Shown here piece after piece: positions 17,552 to 29,432 of a stretch of 53,143 nucleotides of DNA. A program made the position numbers and the translations under genes. Within the stretch, counting starts at the first letter, position 1. Each line of letters begins with the position of its first letter. The notes beneath the pieces are model-generated. The model saw only the letters and a list, made by a program, of their open reading frames with translations, searched no databases and had not been told where the DNA came from. Source of the stretch: Candidatus Sysuimicrobiota bacterium (GTDB lineage: Bacteria; Sysuimicrobiota; Sysuimicrobiia; Sysuimicrobiales; Sysuimicrobiaceae); the NCBI GenBank assembly GCA_040289515.1, contig PSLI01000010.1, positions 1 through 53,143 on the forward strand. Reading direction: 5' to 3'.

Positions 17552-19028
17552 GTTGCTCCGGGTCGACGACCTGCACCGCTCCTTCAGCGGATTCCCCGCC
17601 GTGCGGGGGGCGTTTTTGCAGGTGCGCCCCGGTGAGGTGGTGGCGGTCATCGGGCCCAACGGGGCCGGCAAGACCACTCTGTTCAACCTCATCACGGGGG
17701 TCCTGCTGCCGGACCGGGGCCGCGTGCTGCTGGCCGGCCAGGACATCACCCGGTGGCCGGCGCACCGCCGCTGCCGCGCAGGGCTCGGCAGGACCTTCCA
17801 GATCGCCAACGTGTTCCCGCGGCTTACCGTGTTCGAGAACGTGCACGCCGCCTGCCTGGCGCACACCCGCAGGGGGTTCGAACTGCTGCGGCCCGCGCGG
17901 CATTTCGCGATGGACCAGGCGTGGGAGATCCTGGGGCTGGTAGACCTACACCACCAGGCGGACCGGCTGGCGGGCAGCCTGTCCCACGGCGACCAGCGCA
18001 TTCTTGAGATCGCCCTGGCTTTGGCCAGCCGACCCCGGCTGCTGGTCCTGGACGAGCCCACGGCGGGCATGTCTCCAGAGGAAACGGCCTCCACCCTGCG
18101 CCTGATCACCCGGCTAAACCGGGAGCACGGGCTGACGGTGCTGTTCTGCGAGCACGACATGGAGGTGGTGTTCTCCGCTGCCCACCGGGTGGTGGTGATG
18201 CACCAGGGCCGCACCATCGCCGCGGGAACCCCTGAGGAGATCCGGCAGAACCCGGAGGTGCAGCGCGCATACCTGGGAGGGGAAGAGGCGGAGGCGGTCG
18301 AGGGCCGACCCGCCCGGCCGCCGGCCGCGGGAGAGCCCCTGCTGCAGGTGCAAGGGATGCACACGTACTATGGGCTCAGCCATGTACTGTTCGACGTGTC
18401 CTTCGAGGTGCGCGAGGGCGAGGCGGTGTTCCTGCTGGGACGGAACGGCGCAGGCAAGAGTACCACCCTGAAGAGCGTGGTGGGGCTGGTTCCGGCCCGA
18501 CAGGGCACGGTGCGGTACCGGGGTCGGGACCTGGTGGGCCGGGCGCCCCACGAGGTGGCCCGCCTCGGCGTGGGCTACGTCCCCGACGACCGGCGCATCT
18601 TCCCGGACCTGACGGTGTGGGAAAACCTGGAGGTGGCGCTCCGGGGATCTGGGTACTGGACGTTGGACCGCATCTTCGAGCTGTTCCCGGTGCTGCGGGA
18701 GAAACGGCACCACCGGGGTAGCCACCTGAGCGGTGGGGAGCAGAAGATGCTGGCCATCGCCCGGGCCCTGGTGGGGAACCCACAGCTGCTCCTGCTGGAC
18801 GAGCCTATGGAGGGTCTCGCGCCCCGCCTGGTGCGGGTCCTGGAAGACCGCATCCGTCGGATGAAGGCTGCGGGCGTGACGGTGCTGCTGGCCGAGCAGA
18901 ACGTCCCTGTGGCCCTGCGCCTGGCGGATCGCGGATACGTCATCGACGACGGCAGGATCCGGTTCGAGGGGACGGTGGAGGAGCTGCAGGCCGACCACGA
19001 AGTGCGCCGGCGTTTCCTGATGGTGTGA
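17544..19028 (+). CDS. Fused LivG-LivF double ABC ATPase
   Basis: Two Walker A motifs (GPNGAGKTT, GRNGAGKST), two signature motifs (LSHGDQ, LSGGEQ), two LLDEP/LVLDEP. Confidence 0.93.
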   Translation: MAELLRVDDLHRSFSGFPAVRGAFLQVRPGEVVAVIGPNGAGKTTLFNLITGVLLPDRGRVLLAGQDITRWPAHRRCRAGLGRTFQIANVFPRLTVFENVHAACLAHTRRGFELLRPARHFAMDQAWEILGLVDLHHQADRLAGSLSHGDQRILEIALALASRPRLLVLDEPTAGMSPEETASTLRLITRLNREHGLTVLFCEHDMEVVFSAAHRVVVMHQGRTIAAGTPEEIRQNPEVQRAYLGGEEAEAVEGRPARPPAAGEPLLQVQGMHTYYGLSHVLFDVSFEVREGEAVFLLGRNGAGKSTTLKSVVGLVPARQGTVRYRGRDLVGRAPHEVARLGVGYVPDDRRIFPDLTVWENLEVALRGSGYWTLDRIFELFPVLREKRHHRGSHLSGGEQKMLAIARALVGNPQLLLLDEPMEGLAPRLVRVLEDRIRRMKAAGVTVLLAEQNVPVALRLADRGYVIDDGRIRFEGTVEELQADHEVRRRFLMV

Positions 19029-19040
19029 GGACGGCGTTGC

Positions 19041-19069
19041 GGCGGGCGTTCACCCGGACGATGCCCGCC
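19041..19069. terminator. Stem-loop between convergent ABC ATPase and uvrC (possible terminator)
   Basis: GGCGGGCGT...ATGCCCGCC stem; no U-tract. Confidence 0.3.
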
Positions 19070-19091
19070 AGGCCACCGCAGGGCGGCGGAC

Positions 19092-20975
19092 TCACCGCAC
19101 CGCCTCCTGACGGTAGTCAGGCAGCTCGTGGGTGCGCAGGTACTCCAGCAGCCGGCGGGCGGCCGCGCGGCCCACCACCGCCGCCACCTCCTCCTCTGTG
19201 GCCTCCCGCAACCGTCGCACGGATCCGAAGTGCCGGATGAGCTGCCGCTTGCGCTTTTCGCCGATGCCCGGGACCTCGTCCAGCACCGAGTACACCACCC
19301 GGCGTGCCCGCAGCTGCTGGTGGTAAGCGTTGGCGAACCGGTGGGCCTCGTCCCGCACCCGCTGCAGCAGCTGCAGGGCCGCGGAGTCCCGCGGCAGGGG
19401 CAAGGGCTCCTCGCGGCCGGGCTGAAACACCAGCTCCTCCCGCTTCGCCAGGGCCACCACGGGCAGCTGCACGTTGTACTCGAACAGAACCTCCAGGGCG
19501 GCGGCCAGCTGCCCCTTGCCCCCGTCGATGAGGATCAGGTCCGGGAGCACGGACCACTTGGGCTGCACGGCCTCGTCCCGGTCCAGCCGGTCCTGCTCCT
19601 CCCGCGCATTCTGGAAGCGCCGGCGCAGAGCCTCCTGCAGCATGGCGTAGTCGTTGGGGCCCTCCGTAAACCGGATCCGGAACCTGCGGTAGGCGTCCTT
19701 GTGGGGCCGTCCGCCCTCGAAGGTCACCAGGCTGGCCACAGCCTCCCCGTGCTGCAGGTTGCTCACGTCGTACCCCTCGATGCGGAAGGGGGGCTCTTCC
19801 AGGCCGAGGGCTTGCTGCAGGGCCCGTACCGCGGCTCCCTCCCGCCCCGCCAGGCGCACCCGCTCCTGTTCCAGGTGCAGCCGGGCGTTGTCGCGGGCCA
19901 TGTCCACCAGCCGCGCCCGGTCACCCCGGCGGGCCACCACCAGCCGTACCGGCGCACCCCGCCGCTCCGACAGCCAGCGGGCGATGACCCCCTGCCCCTC
20001 CACGGGTTCGGGGATCACCACCTCCGGCGGGGTTGCAGGCGCGTGCTCGTAGTACTGCTCCAGGAAGGTGCGCAGGACCTCCGCGGTCGCATGTCCCCGG
20101 GCCCCCGTGAGGAAGAAGTGCTCCTGCCCCGTCAGCCGCCCCGCCCGTACGAAGAACACCTGGGCGCAGGCGTCGTCGCCGTCCACGTGCACGGCCACCA
20201 CGTCCCGGTCGTCCAGACTGCCCGCGGCGGTGCGCTGGCGTTCCGCGATGGCCTGCAGGGCCTGGATCTGGTCCCGCAGGGCCGCGGCCCGCTCGAACTC
20301 CAGACGCTCCGCGGCCTCCTGCATCTCGCGCCGCAGCTGGTCCACCAGGGTCTCCTGCTTGCCTTGCAGAAAGAGCACCGCCTGACGCACCTGCTCCGCG
20401 TACTGCTCCCGGGAGGCGCCCCACGCCACGCAGGGAGCGGTGCACTGACCGATGGCGTAGTCCAGGCACGGCCGCGGCAGCTTGCGCTCCACGTCCACGT
20501 CGCAGCTGCGGAGCTTGAACAGCCTTCGGATGGTGCGGATGGTGCGGCCCACCAGCTTGGGCTCGTGGTACGGGTACGGCCCGAAGTAGTGGGCCCCATC
20601 CCGCACCACCCGGCGGGTCATGACGATGCGCGGGTACGGTTCGTTGGTGATCTTCACATACGGGTAGGCCTTGTCGTCGGCCATGCGCACGTTGTAGGCG
20701 GGCCGGTGCTGCTGGATCAGGTTGGTTTCCAGGATCAGGGCCTCCACCTCGTTGGCACAGGCCACCACATCGAAGTCAAACACCTTGCCCATGAGGTGGC
20801 GCAGCCGGGGGGAGTCCACGGAGGCCGGCTCCTGGAAGTAGCTGCGCACCCGCTGGCGCAGGGAGGCGGCCTTGCCCACGTAGATCACCTTGCCCGTGCG
20901 GTCCCGCAGCAGGTACACGCCGGGCCGGTGCGGCAGAGCCCGCAGCTTCTCCTCCAGATGCGCCACCCGCTCCAT
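19092..20975 (-). CDS. uvrC: Excinuclease ABC subunit C
   Basis: GIY-YIG (PGVYL, IYVGKA, RVRSYF), RIEGYDVSN, LIDGGKGQL, RDEAHRFA, HhH VPGIG; ATG 20975 lies 7 nt after a TACAAT -10 (probably leaderless). Confidence 0.97.
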   Translation of the reverse strand: MERVAHLEEKLRALPHRPGVYLLRDRTGKVIYVGKAASLRQRVRSYFQEPASVDSPRLRHLMGKVFDFDVVACANEVEALILETNLIQQHRPAYNVRMADDKAYPYVKITNEPYPRIVMTRRVVRDGAHYFGPYPYHEPKLVGRTIRTIRRLFKLRSCDVDVERKLPRPCLDYAIGQCTAPCVAWGASREQYAEQVRQAVLFLQGKQETLVDQLRREMQEAAERLEFERAAALRDQIQALQAIAERQRTAAGSLDDRDVVAVHVDGDDACAQVFFVRAGRLTGQEHFFLTGARGHATAEVLRTFLEQYYEHAPATPPEVVIPEPVEGQGVIARWLSERRGAPVRLVVARRGDRARLVDMARDNARLHLEQERVRLAGREGAAVRALQQALGLEEPPFRIEGYDVSNLQHGEAVASLVTFEGGRPHKDAYRRFRIRFTEGPNDYAMLQEALRRRFQNAREEQDRLDRDEAVQPKWSVLPDLILIDGGKGQLAAALEVLFEYNVQLPVVALAKREELVFQPGREEPLPLPRDSAALQLLQRVRDEAHRFANAYHQQLRARRVVYSVLDEVPGIGEKRKRQLIRHFGSVRRLREATEEEVAAVVGRAAARRLLEYLRTHELPDYRQEAVR

Positions 20976-21090
20976 CACCGCCATTGTAGACCACCGGGGG
21001 CGGGCCCCGGCCGGCGGCAGAAGACAGAACGGCCTTGCACGGGTAGACTAAAAGTCAAAGCGCCTGGCTTTCACGGAGGTCTATAAGAAA

Positions 21091-22257
21091 ATGTCCTGGA
21101 CGTCGCACCGCGCCCGGGCCATCCCGCAGTCGGTGTTCCTACTCATGGACCGGGCCAAGCAGGAGGCCCGGGGATCGGGCTTGGAGGTGATCGACCTCTC
21201 CCTGGGTTCTAGCGACCTGTCTCCCCCGCAGCCGGCCCTGGAGACCCTGGCGGAGGCCCTGCTGGACCGCGCCACGTACCAGTACACCCTGCGGTCGGCC
21301 ACCCGCCCGTTCCTGGAGGCGGCCTCGGGGTGGTACGAGCACCGCTACGGGGTCACCTTCGACCCGGACACGGAGATGCTGAGCCTCGTGGGCAGTCAGG
21401 AGGGCATCGGCCACCTGCTGCTGGCCCTCACCGATCCGGGGGACCTGGTACTCATCCCGGAGGTGGCGTACCCGCCGTACTGGGGGATGGCGGCCCTGGC
21501 GGGCCTAGAGGTGTTCGCCGTCCCGCTGCGGGAGGACCACCTCCTCGACCTGGAAGCGGTGCCCGAGGAAGTCTGGCGGCGCGCCCGCGTGCTGATCCTC
21601 AACTACCCCAACAACCCCACGGCCGCGGTGGCAGACCCGGGATTTTTCGCGCAGGCCCTGGACTACTGCGGGCGATACGAGGTGTTTCTGATCCACGACA
21701 ACCCGTATGTCGACATGGTGTTCGACGGGCCCGCTCCCTCCCCTCTGTCCCTGCCCGGTGCCCGGGAACGGTGCGTGGAGTTCTTCACCCTGTCCAAGTC
21801 CTACCACATGGGGGGGTTCCGGCTGGCCTTCGCGGTGGGCAACGCGGAGGCCATCGGGGCTTTGGAGGCCGTGAAGTCCACACTGGATTTCAACCAGTAC
21901 CAGGGCGTGCTGCGCATGGGGATCACCGCCCTGCGGCAGCCGGAGACGTGGGTGCGGGAGCAGGTGGCGGTGTTCCAGGAGCGCCGGAACGCCCTGGTGC
22001 GGGGCCTGCGGACCGTGGGGTGGGACGTGCCGTTGCCGCGGGCCACCATGTACCTGTGGGCGCGCGTGCCCGTGGAGGTGGACGACGTCACCTTCGCGGT
22101 GGAGTTGTGCCGCCGCACGGGTGTGGCCGTCTCGCCCGGCCAGGCCTTCGGCCCGGGCGGAAGGGGTTACGTGCGCATCGCTTTGGTGCAGCCGCCCGAA
22201 CGCCTGGAGGAGGCCGCGCCCCGCATCGGCGACTTCCTCCGGCGCTTCCGCGGCTAG
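21091..22257 (+). CDS. PLP-dependent class I/II aminotransferase (LL-diaminopimelate aminotransferase-like)
   Basis: GSQEGIGHL, LNYPNNPT, HDNPY, EFFTLSKSYHMGGFRL, GYVRIAL. Confidence 0.88.
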   Translation: MSWTSHRARAIPQSVFLLMDRAKQEARGSGLEVIDLSLGSSDLSPPQPALETLAEALLDRATYQYTLRSATRPFLEAASGWYEHRYGVTFDPDTEMLSLVGSQEGIGHLLLALTDPGDLVLIPEVAYPPYWGMAALAGLEVFAVPLREDHLLDLEAVPEEVWRRARVLILNYPNNPTAAVADPGFFAQALDYCGRYEVFLIHDNPYVDMVFDGPAPSPLSLPGARERCVEFFTLSKSYHMGGFRLAFAVGNAEAIGALEAVKSTLDFNQYQGVLRMGITALRQPETWVREQVAVFQERRNALVRGLRTVGWDVPLPRATMYLWARVPVEVDDVTFAVELCRRTGVAVSPGQAFGPGGRGYVRIALVQPPERLEEAAPRIGDFLRRFRG

Positions 22258-22320
22258 CAGGCGCGACCGTCTTGGCCTCCAGACCGACCACGGGGGCCAC
22301 TTCTGGCCCAGCCGTGCCAA

Positions 22321-22878
22321 TCACCCGGTCGGCCCTGGTCGGGATCGACGTCCCGAAAGTCGGTCCTGCACCCACCGGAGCGCGGCTTCCAGAACCTCCT
22401 GGCGGTTGGACGGATTGAGCACCACCTCTGTCAGCCCCGGCCCGCGCCGAAAGCGTTCCGCCCAGGGATGCCGGCCCAACATAATTGTGGCCACCAGCGG
22501 CAGAGGGCTTCGGCGTACCTCCTCCAGCGCCCGCCGAAACTCCTCACTCTGCAGCTCCATCTTTCCTATTTCGTCCACCACCACCAGGTCCGCCTCCGCC
22601 AAAGCCCGCCGGACGGCGGCCACCCCAACTCGGTCCAGCACCGTCACGTCCACCCCGTACCGGCCCACCCGGTGGGCCGCCTGCTGCCAACCCACGTGAG
22701 CAAACACAGCCCGCTGGCCGTCAAGGGTCACGATCCCGAACCCCACCCGGCTGCCGTCCTTCCGAACCTCCTCCGTCAGGAACCCGCCCGCACGTCCCGG
22801 AAACGATCCGGCCAGCTGCTTTACCAGCGTGGTCTTGCCCACACCGGGCCTGCCCGTGATCAGAAGAGCGTCACCCAT
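22321..22878 (-). CDS. THEP1/NTPase_1-family nucleoside triphosphatase
   Basis: ITGRPGVGKTT, GGFLTEEVR, RVGF, VGRYGV, VVVDEIGKMEL; start at ATG 22878. Confidence 0.92.
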   Translation of the reverse strand: MGDALLITGRPGVGKTTLVKQLAGSFPGRAGGFLTEEVRKDGSRVGFGIVTLDGQRAVFAHVGWQQAAHRVGRYGVDVTVLDRVGVAAVRRALAEADLVVVDEIGKMELQSEEFRRALEEVRRSPLPLVATIMLGRHPWAERFRRGPGLTEVVLNPSNRQEVLEAALRWVQDRLSGRRSRPGPTG

Positions 22879-22906
22879 CGGCAATCCCGACTCTCGCTTC
22901 ACCGGA

Positions 22907-22954
22907 GTACTTGGCACCGGTACCTGGAAATGGCACGCGCCACCGGCTACCAGG
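22907..22954 (+). repeat. Degenerate 13-bp repeat array (consensus about GTACCTGGMACCG)
   Basis: Units GTACTTGGCACCG / GTACCTGGAAATG / GCACGCGCCACCG / GCTACCAGG. Confidence 0.5.
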
Positions 22955-23034
22955 CTCTGACGCCGCCGCGGCAGCTGCCCGGGCCCGATTCACGTCCCGA
23001 CCTCCTGCAGCTCATGGACAGCGCCTGGAAGATC

Positions 23035-25140
23035 TTACAGCCGAACCCCTACCCAGCACACCTGCACATCCCCGAAGGGCACCCTCCGCCGCCACACCAC
23101 CACGGCCGCTGCCGGAGGCCGACCGTCTTGCCACTGCACGATGAGGTTTTCCCCTTCCGGGAAAACCCCAGGAGCGAGGAGCCGCATGCCTCCAGCTCCC
23201 ACGTCCTCCACACACGCCCACACCTTGCGGCCCTGCCAGACTACCTGCACGGGCTCCGCGACCGCCTCGCGCCGGCCGGCCCGCCGCGAGGGAGGAGGAC
23301 CGCCGATCGGGTCCCGGGGCTGTATCGCACGCTCGAGGATGCGGCGCTGCGCTCCCACCAACATCAGGCTCATGAACCGATCGAGCACCTTAGGATCGGC
23401 CGGCGCCAGTTTGAACCCCACCTCCGTGCGTCCATTTCGCTTTCGGACGGACCCCACCCGGCCCGGAAGGGCCAGCTCCGCCTCCGGCCAGCCCGGGGGC
23501 AACCGGAGAGTTGCAGGGCAGCCGGCCTCTGGGACGAAGTCTCCGTAGAACTCGAGACCCGCTCCCCCTTCGTGTACGTCGCGCAGCAGTCCCGCCGAAG
23601 AACCCCTGTCCCAAACCAGCAGCGCGGGCAGGTTCGCCCTGAGGCGCACGATTCCCCGGCGGTCTCGGTGAGCGGCTCCGGAGGTGACTGCCCACGCGGC
23701 CAGGTAGAAGTGCCAGGCGGCCCATAGGGCGTTCACCGCGTACGCGGCGGCGAACTCCGAGACCTCGAAAGCTCGCGCAGAACATCCCACGAAGGCCGCC
23801 AAGTTGCTTCCCAGCACCGTCGCCTGCGGGACCAGGCTCGCCAGCGCCGCCCCGTCCGCACCCGTACCCTTGGGCGTGACCTGGAAGCTGGCCCTGGGGA
23901 GGAAGAGCTGGAACGTGGCCCGTACGTACGTGGCGAAGCGGGCCATGTTGTAGTGCTCCGTGAGGAGAACAAGCCCGTGTCCCCGACTCGCCAGTTTGAA
24001 GGCAACGTTGCCCAGCAGGTGGTAGCTGGCGAAGGCGGCCAGGAACACCCAATCCACCGCGCGGATGGGCAGCTTGCCGGTTAGAAAGAACAGGGGCGGG
24101 GCCACGTACAGCGTTAGTTTCTGCCAGCCCTCAAACCACGTGATCATACTGGCAAGGTACGTGAGCCGCTGGGCCGGCGTGAGTCCTGGCCTCCACAGGG
24201 GATTGTCCCGGCGCAAGATCTGCATGGCCCCACGTCCCCACCGCAGGCGCTGAATCCGGTACGGGGCCACACCAGAGGGAGCCAGGCCGTACGCGAGAGG
24301 CTCGGCGTGGTACACGGACTTCCAGCCCCGGCCATGCATCCGGATGGAGGTGTGCAGGTCCTCGGTCACGGTTTCCACAGCGAACCCCCCGACGTCATCC
24401 AGCGCCGCTCGGCGCAAGATGGCGGGGGACCCGCAGTAGAAGGCTGCGTTCCAGTGATTCTTGCCCGGCTGAATCACCCGGAAGAACAAGGCCTGCTCGT
24501 GCCACGCCCGGCCCGTCCGCGGATCTAGACGGTGCTGATAGCTATCGAGGTTGTAGAATTCCTGGGGGGTCTGAACGAAGGCTACACGAGGATCGCGGAA
24601 ATAGCCCAGCACGCGATCCAGGAACTCCGGGACGGGCACGTGGTCCGCGTCCAGGACCGCCACGAAGTCTGCCCGGCTGGTCTGCAGACCAAAATTCAGG
24701 TTGCCTGCCTTGCCGTGCTCGTGTGTAGGACGGCTCAGGTAATAACAGCCCAAGGAGGTGGCTAGCTCCCGAACCTCCGGCCGGCCGGCATCGTCCAGGA
24801 CCAGGGTGCGGTGGGGATACCGGAGCCGCTGGCAGGCCAGGAGGGTCCGGCGCAGAACCCACAGAGGCTCCCCCTTCGTTGGTACTAGGATGTCCACGCG
24901 CAGGTCCTCCGGGGCTGACGGGGCCTGTGGGTACTCCGGCTTCCAAACGGTGAAGAAAAACAACACCGCGTTGAACCACCCAAACGCCTCAGCGGCCCAC
25001 AGGGCTAGGGAAAAGCCCCAGGCGTCCGGGTTCAAGGTGCAGCCCAGGCGCCAGGCGAGGTATGCCGCGCCTATTACGCTTGCGACCACGCTGAGCGTCC
25101 TCGTGCAGCGTTCCAGACGCTCGTCTGTGGGATGGACCAT
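23035..25140 (-). CDS. Cellulose-synthase-like GT2 (BcsA family) with two C-terminal PilZ-like domains
   Basis: LDD, HGKAGNLN, LDADHVP, QTPQEFYN, FYCGS, TEDL, QRLRW, FQVTPK; PilZ-like RRGIVR..DVHEGG and RRAGRR..DVGAGG; ATG 25140 after GGAGGTG. Confidence 0.9.
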   Translation of the reverse strand: MVHPTDERLERCTRTLSVVASVIGAAYLAWRLGCTLNPDAWGFSLALWAAEAFGWFNAVLFFFTVWKPEYPQAPSAPEDLRVDILVPTKGEPLWVLRRTLLACQRLRYPHRTLVLDDAGRPEVRELATSLGCYYLSRPTHEHGKAGNLNFGLQTSRADFVAVLDADHVPVPEFLDRVLGYFRDPRVAFVQTPQEFYNLDSYQHRLDPRTGRAWHEQALFFRVIQPGKNHWNAAFYCGSPAILRRAALDDVGGFAVETVTEDLHTSIRMHGRGWKSVYHAEPLAYGLAPSGVAPYRIQRLRWGRGAMQILRRDNPLWRPGLTPAQRLTYLASMITWFEGWQKLTLYVAPPLFFLTGKLPIRAVDWVFLAAFASYHLLGNVAFKLASRGHGLVLLTEHYNMARFATYVRATFQLFLPRASFQVTPKGTGADGAALASLVPQATVLGSNLAAFVGCSARAFEVSEFAAAYAVNALWAAWHFYLAAWAVTSGAAHRDRRGIVRLRANLPALLVWDRGSSAGLLRDVHEGGAGLEFYGDFVPEAGCPATLRLPPGWPEAELALPGRVGSVRKRNGRTEVGFKLAPADPKVLDRFMSLMLVGAQRRILERAIQPRDPIGGPPPSRRAGRREAVAEPVQVVWQGRKVWACVEDVGAGGMRLLAPGVFPEGENLIVQWQDGRPPAAAVVVWRRRVPFGDVQVCWVGVRL

Positions 25141-25186
25141 GGCACTGGCACCTCCGGTTCCGTACCTCACTGAGAACGTCCAATGC

Positions 25187-25225
25187 CGGTTCCAGGTACC
25201 CGCTCCAGGTCGCGGTGCCTGGTAC
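25187..25225 (-). repeat. Degenerate 13-bp repeat array, inverted relative to 22907-22954
   Basis: Minus-strand units GTACCAGGCACCG / CGACCTGGAGCGG / GTACCTGGAACCG. Confidence 0.5.
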
Positions 25226-25231
25226 ATAGAC

Positions 25232-29425
<4,194 letters not shown>

Positions 29426-29432
29426 CTGCGCG

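Noticed and set aside
22273..22299. Hairpin TGGCCTCC...GGGGGCCA between the convergent aminotransferase and NTPase genes
   Set aside because: Large loop and no U-tract; too weak to call a terminator in GC-rich DNA.
22911..22946. TGGCAC sigma-54-like -24 elements at 22912 and 22931 (also CGGCAC at 9299 and 51563)
   Set aside because: None has the GC dinucleotide 10 nt after GG.
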